Source: Macrostomum lignano
Taxonomy: Eukaryota
Direction of reading: 5' to 3'
NCBI GenBank assembly: GCA_002269645.1
Contig: NIVC01003323.1
Location: 40,177-104,176 of the forward strand
Length of the DNA stretch: 64,000 bases
The position numbers were made by a program, and so were the translations under genes. Numbering within the stretch: the stretch's first letter is position 1; the number at the start of each line of letters is the position of its first letter. This document shows, piece after piece, positions 11,170-20,500 of this stretch. Under the pieces are notes generated by a model. The model was not told the DNA's origin. It saw nothing but the letters and a program-made list of their open reading frames with translations, and did not search any database.

Positions 11170-13044
11170 TATCTTAATTTGCTTGTAATATTATTATCTT
11201 CATTGTCATCTTAATGTTTAAAAAATGTTTTTTCTTACCAATTTAATAAAGTATAGGCCTATTTTTGCACTTTTTTAATAGTAGTATAGAGTATAGACCA
11301 TATAAGTATAACAATAATAACATTGTATTAATAGACATATTTTTAGTCTATTTTAATAAAAAATATAGTAATTTTGAACTTGTACATCTAATATCACAGT
11401 ATTTAGCCTAGGAAAGAGCCTACATGGCTATATGGCTATACCTAGAACCTAGCATAGGCCAATTTATGATTTGGTCAAAGTCAAAGTCAAAGGTAATTTT
11501 GATTTCAGTTAATATATTTCCATTTGCTTGTTATGAATTAGCAGCTTTGACTCAAGACTATGATTATTTGTATAATTCTATAGAATTCTCTACAAGTCTA
11601 AATAACTTATTTTCACTGTCTTTATCATGTCATGATGTTTAAACTAAAAGATTTAGCAACTGGCAAATAATCTAAATTTGAGGCTCTTCATATTGCTTGT
11701 TCTGGTTCTAGAACCAGAACCATTTTGTAAATTATAACTTTTTGTCTCCTAAACTAGAGGGATATTAGTGCTTTAAAATTGTGATTATTGGATGGCAATA
11801 GCCAAGAAGAAAGTGAAAAATTGTGCAGAGTGAGGCTGTTAAGGCAGTCAAACATTCAACAAAGTTATACTGCTTTTTTTCTTGGAAATCCGAACCGATT
11901 CTGGTTCTGGAATCGATTGCCGTGAAGAGCCTCTTTCAGTTGAATTTCGATATGCAAAAAGATCGGATTATTTTAAAATTTAAACACGAAAAGTTACTTT
12001 TTAGAAAAAATCTAATTAACGTTAATATTTCCATTAATGAAACAATAAGGAATTATTTTTTCTTCAATAAAAAATGTTAAATAAGTAATTTAAAAAGCGT
12101 TGTTCTGAAAATAAGTGAATCCTTTTGTTTTTTTATTTACTTACCTTACTGAAGTCTGTGAATGTTTAACGCAATTTGTAGTACATTCAGTAAGTAGCCT
12201 TTATTTTGTAACAGAGAGTAGATACTAGAGTAAATATTTATTTAGTAGTTATTATTTCTGTGTTTTGCAACAACCACTAAGGTACTTAAACATAAAGCAT
12301 AAAACTCCACTTCAAACGATTTTTAGGTTTATTCGCAAAACTTAGATAATTTTCTGGACAGTAGTATAACAAGCGTTTTATTGCAAATTTCTTTAATTAC
12401 TTTAAGTTTTCCACTCGTACCAGCTATTTAGTAGGATCACACGAGGCTAATTAAACAAGGTACAGGAAGAGTTGAGAGAGAGAGAGATGCAGCGCATTTC
12501 GAACTCGCGGTTTTCTTTTACAGTTATGAGCAGGTCTTTGCTATCTAACTAGCAGGCTGAGTATGCGTGATCAAGCAAATGTGGGACCACTCTTGTTCGA
12601 AAAAAAGAATTCTAGTTAGTCGAATCTCTAATATAGGCGTATAAGTCTGGCTTGATAACAATATTTAGAGTTTCGAGTGTTCTACTGTCAGAGGCAACAG
12701 CTCACAGTCTCGCACTCTTAATTGTTTAAACTAGACGGAAAATTCCTGTATATATCGTCTCTAAAAATGATGATTCATCTTCTTTTTAGTTTCGGTTTAG
12801 ATTTGCGAATGTATATCTGTCCTACTATATATACTTAATGCATGGTAGGCTTATACGAGCTACATGTTGCGTATGAAACATGTACATGTAGCTTATAGTT
12901 TGCTGTCCTGATGTAAACACATGGGAACCCAAATTATTGTAGATAAATTTAAAGCTTTTCTATTTTATAATTACAAAGCACTAGCTAGGATTTTGAAGAG
13001 GCCACCATTTATCGTTTGTTTCGAATAACTTTCTGAAAGATGAT

Positions 13045-13187
13045 ACTACTATATGCTCTCCCAAAGCACGAGTCTGGAGGTGAGGTGGGTGTCATCGATT
13101 GGCTGACGATTCTCGGCAGCGATCGCCGCAGACAGGTTGACACCCACCTCACCTCCAAAATCGCGCCTCCGGGGAGCATATAGTAGT
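13045..13187. other. 143-bp GC-rich imperfect hairpin (50-bp arms) in AT-rich DNA
   Basis: Arms 13045-13094 and 13138-13187 are reverse complements with perfect outer (ACTACTATATGCTC) and inner (TGGAGGTGAGGTGGGTGTCA) blocks. Confidence 0.8.
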
Positions 13188-13744
13188 GACGATGACAAAC
13201 TTTATTTTTTTCTTACCAAGAGTATTGATTAAGATACGAGCGTATGTGTGAATGAAACACGACTTATAGATATAGAACTTATAATTATAAAAAAGTTTGA
13301 ATTATTCATCAAAAACTGAAAAATAATAGCGAATAAGGATAAAAATTGTCCGAAAGCAGAAGACAAATCAAAATAAAAAAGTGTCAAGTAATGTACGAGT
13401 AGTTTTACCATTCATATGGTAAGACTCTCGGCTCGGTAAAACTGTGGTACAGGCCGATGTGTACCATATTATTTCAGAAAGCAATCCCCATGCTTTCAGA
13501 TATAATCTGAATAAATGTTTATTTTAAACCGCTAAAAGTTTATAAGTTGATGTATTTTTATGTCTACATTTTATATCGATAGCTATAACTACATTCGATG
13601 CTTTTAAAATGTCCTGTTAAAAGAAAAAAACTCAGCGACCACATATTTATAAATAAGCTATAGATCAGGAGTCAGGCTAACTTTATTACCTCTAGGGCCA
13701 GATAAAGAATTCAGCTCATGGCTGCGGGCCAGATGAGAATGGAA

Positions 13745-13945
13745 TAGAAGATGAGAGATAAGAGAAGAGAGGAGAGACGAGAGATTTGATGAGAGAAGAG
13801 ATAGAAGAGAAGATATGTGAAGAGAGGACAGAGGAAAGAGGAGAGAGAAGACGAAAGACGGGGATAGAAGAGAGAGAGGAAAGGGGAGATTGATTAGGCG
13901 AGGGGAGAGAAGAGAGAGGAGAGAAGATAAAAAGAGCTGAGAAGA
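13745..13945. repeat. GA-rich low-complexity tract
   Basis: Read directly. Confidence 0.9.
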
Positions 13946-14330
13946 GACGCAAGCCGGATTGCTATTGTGAAGTCTCAAAGAACTCGACGGCTGGATAGAA
14001 AGGCCTTTCTCGGGCCGCATTTGGTTGGCCGGAGTTTTCCAACCCCAGTGTAATATAGAGTCGAATAGACTATTCCTGATATTATAAACTTGATACAAGC
14101 GAAGTCTAGCAAATAAGGATTCAGTTTAGGCATTGTTTGTGGTGATCTCTAATATCAGTTCGAATTGCTGCTATAGGAAATTGAGAAGCCACTGAGAATT
14201 GGGCAGCAAATTTTCCATGACAATTTTACTCGTAAAAGGTGGTTTATAAAACTGAAGAAGAAATTGGTTCTTAAGAAAATGTGCTTTTAATTGGATTTGC
14301 ATGAACAACTTTTTACTCCTTGCTAATTGG

Positions 14331-14361
14331 GCGCCCCGAAGGGGGGCACTAGATTGCTAGT
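14331..14361 (+). mobile_element. Helitron-like 3' terminus
   Basis: GC hairpin GCCCC-GAA-GGGGGGC, then 9 nt, then CTAG|T; a similar motif occurs at 47170-47204 on the minus strand. Confidence 0.45.
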
Positions 14362-14593
14362 CAGATATACTAAAAATGAAAACTAAATCTTCAAAAATCT
14401 TCACCTAAATTCTCCTTTAAACTGACGGTACGTGTATTTCTTAAACTACTTGCATATGCAGTCACTGAGTCACTAATTCTAAGAAAAGATAAAATAACAT
14501 TAAAAGAACGAAAAATTTCTGTTTCTCATATCAGTAAAAGTTAAAGCTGTTAATCACAATTGTTTCTTAATAAGTTCAATAAGACCCAATGCT

Positions 14594-17500
14594 TCATCCA
14601 GTCGATGAGCCTACCAGCACCTCGACAGGGTCTCTCGCTCTCAGGCCGAAAACAATGGCCAGCACAATTATCACGATTAGGACCACAGCACCAACCACGG
14701 ATAGTGAGATGATCAGCGCTTGGTTGGCTGCGGGTAAGTTTTGTGAATCCGCGATTGTTTTAACATTTAAGTGTCCATATGGACAAGAACAACAGTGAGT
14801 CCTTATTTTCCTCTTGCGAGGGCTGTGACCACCCTGGCGCAACGCCTTCGGCGACATCTCTAACGGCAATTCTGCCCATTTCGCTGGCTCCTGAGCACAT
14901 ACAAGCGCGCCAATACTGTACGCAGGCACGCACTCATACACACGCTCACACAGGGTGTACAGCGGCCCTGACTTTCTAATCGTCAAGCATGTACACTCTC
15001 TGTGCCTTGGGGTTGGCCCTCATGAGTTGTGAATCGCGCGAAACCCCGCCTGAACAGTTTACATGCACAACCCCAATTGAATTTTTTGGGTTCTGTGGTG
15101 CGAGAGTCAGACGCATGCACCGCTGAGCTGCTCTGCTACATGTACTTCTTAGTTGTCCTTTAAATGGTTGAGTTGACTAATTGCCCAAATACAGTAAAAA
15201 GATGTCAGTACTCCATGCTTATTTTACGCTAATGTGGGATTAGTAGTCACCTGATGAGATTTGTACACGGGTTCATGGGTTAAATGTATGAGCTATATTG
15301 GGGGAGCAACTAGAACAATCAACGAAAAATGATCGCAATTTTGTCTGGATGAAAGTATAAATACAATAAACTAAGTATTTGTTTTGCTCTTCAAAGCATT
15401 GAGACAATGACAGTGACGCGATCCAGAAAAGCACTCACTTGATTCGGTGGTACTCGGTTCCGTAGTGGCGCTGTCGCTGGCGCTATCACTCACAGTGAGT
15501 ATCTGCACGCACTCCCCGTTCACCTTGATCTTGTTCATTGGGCACTGGCACGAATATTTGCCAATCGTGTTCACGCATACGTAGCTGTGGCCGCAGGGAT
15601 TGGCTGTCTTGCACTCGTCAATGTCCTGCGAAATCGGAGATTCAGAAGAGAACAACTCTAGTGAATAACTAATTCGTCTCATCCATCATTCCTGGATTTA
15701 TTAAATTATTTTCAGCTGGTTGTCTCGAACTAGGCTTTGGTTTGAGTATTTACCAACGAACGACTCGAGTCTAGATCTGGATTTAGGCCTCGAGATTTTT
15801 AGTATTAGTAAACTACGAATTCGAAATAATTGCATCTCGTTCGTATGGGAGGGTAATTGGTCTGCGAGTTTCAATCTGGTTATTGATACCCTACCCACCT
15901 GAATATCCAATTGTCTGGTTATCTAATTCTCAGATTACCTGATACCTAGTTGAACTGGAAGGCCCCGGGCCCCGCACAAAATGGCGTGGTGAACTATCTG
16001 TGCAGTATGAATCTGGTTTGGCCTCTTTCCCAGCCACCAATGCTCACATCTGCCTCCTCTGGCGGGCTGATAGCTCAAGAGACTTCATTTCCTGCCTTTC
16101 ACCTTGCAAGGCGCACTTCGAAGGGTACTCGTCCCGGTGTGTGTTAAGGCTGATTCGTTGGCGCCGAGATCCTGGACCTGATGTGACCATAAACTCACCC
16201 TCTAAGGTCCCAGTGTAACTCTGTGCTGATGGACGCTTGGCCAAGAAGTAGTCCGGTCGCTAACGGTTCCCCTTGGGCTTTTGGGTCCCCCACAGGGTGG
16301 TATTTCTTGAGAACCTGCCGCTTGGTTTGGGGTTGCGGCCTTGCGGCTCTCTGCCTGTGTTCTGCGGGAAGTCCCCCTTTTTACTTCCAGCCAGTGGCTT
16401 CTGGGAAGTCTTTGGTCACCAGGGGCGGTCCCCTCCGCCTCCTCGCTGCATCGACCGGACGATGCCCCCTGCAGCTAAGCTAAGTTAATTGCCACCACAA
16501 AGACGTTTGCATCGAATAGCTACCATGAAAATTTGCAAGTTTGTATATTAACACCTTTGAATCAATTCCTCCAAGAAATAATATTTCTGAGCCAGCGGTT
16601 TGGAGCGCTAAAATTCCAATGATCCAATGATGATGCCCACCAGTAACAATGGTCCACTAACCTGACATTCGTAGAGTGCATTAAGTTCAAAGCCAGCCAG
16701 CGGACATTGGCACGTGTAGGAGCCGTTCGTATTCACGCATGTTTGATTCTGATCGCTGCGGCATCGATGGTCCCCAGTGAGGCACTCGTTGATGTCTTCG
16801 CAAAGACTTGTGTTGCTTGGCGACACCTGGAAGCCAGGCGTAGTGCAGTTGCAGCGATATCCGGGAGCCAGGTTGGTGCACTGTTCCTGGCAGATGCCAG
16901 GAGTCTCAAGGCATTCGTTCGTATCTGTGAAATTGAAAAATTATGTTCTCATGAAACTTAAACCAAGCAAGAATATTAACTAAAAACAGAACGGCAAGAT
17001 CATAGATCCAGAAACAATTTTCAAGTTGTTTTATTTTTTTCGACCCTTGTTTTTTACTTTGAAAACCTATAAGTAAAGAAATTGTTTAAGTCCTCAAGTT
17101 TCAGGAGCAAAATATCGTCTGAAATAATTTACGCAAGCACACAAGAGGATTGCCGAAGAAATTCACCTTCGCACACCCGTCCATCGCCTACCATCCCTTC
17201 CGGGCAGCTATCGCAGTAATAGCTGCCGTTGCTGTACATGTGGCACATGCTAATGTTGTAGCATGGACTAGGCTGCGCCGAACATGGCGACACATCGCAC
17301 CTGTCGCCTTGGTAACCGCTGGGGCAGCTGCACTGGGCTCTATAGAAATTCTCTGAAATTCGTTGTTAGAGCGCTTCGGCTTGTAGGGGTGGAGAGTTAA
17401 ATTTTGTTTAACTGGTGGGTGAGAATCAAGGAAAAGTCCTGATACCTCCTACAATCGTCTCCCCGGATGTGTAGTTGAAACTGTGCGTGGCTCCGTTTTC

Positions 17501-20500
17501 GCAGTCAACATAGAGAACAATCGGTGTCCAAGATGACGGCGCTCCCAGTGAGTCAGTGGCCACGATGGTCAGGTTAAATGAGCTGATGTTAATAGCCACT
17601 TCCCAGACGAGGATGTTATCAACAAGCCAAACTGAAGTGTCATTTACGGGCTGCAGGATACTCAGCGTCATCGGATTTCCATCCCTGTCAGTCACATTGA
17701 TGCTCATGTTGAAGGTTGTCGCTGAGTAGACTGTGATGTTAGATGGCATGTTGAACTCGGGAGCAGTGTTTGAAGCTACCGCTTTGGCCGACACCTCCTG
17801 GCTGACCGCTAGCGATGCCTCCTTTGCGGCGTCAAGAGACTGAAGCTGCGCGGCGTCGTACATACAGCTGAGGTAGATGGACTGTTCCGTGTTCCAGCAA
17901 GTCTACAAAAGCCAAATATGAATCAATATTTAAATAGTTCATCAGTCTTTAAGATGTCCTGCAAGCCGTTTAAAAAAATACTCACGTCGTTTGCGGCCGT
18001 CATGAGCTCCGAGTTGTTGTAGAACAGAGACAGCAGGTTATCCTTATAGTCCTCGACGAAGACTGGTACGAATGACATGTTGCAGTAGTTGGCTCGAGTC
18101 ACCCCAATTTCATATGGGAAGTGACTCGCATCGCCTGACTGCAGAGCCCAGCTCTGACCAAAGTGAAAAAGTTCACGCTCAGAACTGTCTCCAGGTAGAA
18201 GGGTGCCATTGCGCAGCTTGAAATCGTCTGTCTTGTTCCCATTGAAATTGCCCATGAGGCCTTCAACTCCGCTGGAATGTCGCTGCTGGTCCAGCTGCAC
18301 CGAAGCCTGCAGCAGGCTGAGCACTCTGGTGACGGTCACAGAAAAGCCAGTGTCCGACTCGCTTATAGTAATGCTCTTGTTGTCGCTGGCATCTAGGCTA
18401 TACCGCTCGATCACGGTAGAGTTCTCCTGACCGAAGAAGTACGTGAGAACACTGCCCAACAACTCGTCATCCTTGTACACGTCAAGATCGTTTGAGGTCG
18501 TGTTGAGCAGCACAGCAATGGAGCAGTTGTTGGAGCCAGCCTTGAGTGCAAACCCAATAAAGACGGTAGCTGATGCGGTGATATTAGGGTTGAGCGACTT
18601 TGCTAGACCCGTTCGAGCCTGCAGCTCCAGCATCGGATAACTCTGGGAGCTATTTCTGATCATGTAGTATTCACACAGGCCGTTAAAAGAGTAGGTGGTA
18701 CCATCAATAGTGCTAATGTGAGGATCTCCACGATTAAAGCCTGTCAATGCACAATTTTTAAACACCTGCATATTACGAACTTTTATAAGTCTAACAGAAA
18801 ATAGCTTAGCTTTGCTTACCCCAAGCCGGTTCAGTGTAGTCTCGACTGTCGCACTTTGGTCGCAGCTTTGAAAACTTTCCAATCACCTTGCCGGCTCTAC
18901 AAACATCGTAGCCGAACGTTTCGTTTCTGAGCTGCTCGTCATACCTGTACCACCACCAGTAGTATTTGTTTGTCCTCTCCAGGATCATGCTGTGTCCCGC
19001 GCCCTGAACCGTGCTCCTGATCAAGGAGCCGCTCGCGCTCCTGTCAAACATGACGTTGCGCAACAGCCAGCGCATGGTCCACAAGGAGTAGCCGGCATCG
19101 CAGTAGTCCACAAGCTGGCCGTCCTTCCTCCAATGAACTTTCAGCCTGTAGCAACACCTCGGCGCTGCATAGAACTGGCATCGCATGAAAAGGTTGCAGT
19201 ACCAGCTCCACCACGGGTACGGGCAAGCCGGTGGGTTTGCAAAGTTCTGCACACACTCGTATCTGCCCCGGAAGCACATGTTGAGCTCATAGTTACCCTT
19301 CGAGTTTTTATTGTTCTGGTCGCAGGAGTACTCGTAAGGTGAGTAGCGCCAGTCCAGTACCGCTTGACGCATGTCCCTCGGACAAGTGTGGCAGTTCAGC
19401 GTCGTTGTGAGAGGGCGGTTGCGTTCATTGTCTATCCATTTTTTGCATTTTAGCTTGTCGCTGGGAGGAATAGAGTCCGCCATCGTTCTTACGTGTCGGC
19501 CAACCTTTCCAACATTGCCCTCTATCTTGTTGTCGGTGACTGAGTTTCTGCGCCACCAGTAGTAGCTGAATGGTAGCCTATCGAATTTCTGGTAGCCATC
19601 TGTGTAGCCCGCCGCAACATAAAAATACCACCAGCGCCATTCGCTCAGCTCAAACTGACCGTAGTTAAAAACGACAAACGAGTGAGTCTCGTTTCTGGTG
19701 ACGATCGCTTGGAAGCTGATGTGCTGCGAATGGTTTGTTGAGTTCGAACGTTTTTTACTAGTAGCTACACTTTTTGATACAAATTGTAAAGAAAGTTTTA
19801 AATTAAACAAAAACACACGAAATTACCTCTTGCTTCGGGTCGCAATACTTGCAGTAGTACTGCCCCCAGCTGAATCCACGCTGTCTGTAGTAGTAAGTGC
19901 AGTAGTAGCAATAGTAATAGTAGTAGCTGTATGGTTGCATCTTGTTCCAGGTGACGATGAGAGCATTTAACGGACGGTAAGTGGCGCCAACGCTGTAGCT
20001 GTTAATGATTTCTACCACCTTTTTCCAGTTCTCCGTATTTCGGTGCCGCGAACTCTCCAGCAGTTCGTAGTAGACAGCTGAGTCTGAGTAGGCGAACGCG
20101 TACCGGTATGACCAATAGGGAAATACCATCGGCTTCACCAGGTACGTGTACCAAGTCGGCCAGTTTAGCTGATACGGCGGATCAGTGAACGACAAATATC
20201 CGTCCTTTGAGATCTGAATAGTTGTTGATAGGATCGCATTGGGAGATTGGTGGCTTCAAATGAGGAGCGGGTTTGCAGTAATTCAATGTCCAAATCATGT
20301 TGAATTTACGCACCTTGCATACTGTACTTTCCTTCGACCCGATTACGAAAGGAACTTCAGTTTCAATAGTAACGTAGCTTACAGTGTAGTTATTAAAGTC
20401 GTAAGTAGTGAGTTTGGTGCTGTTCGCAGTTGAAAAGGTCATCAGTTCTGCCAGGTGATGGATGCCCCATGATTATTTTTCATTGAGTCAATTATGAGTA

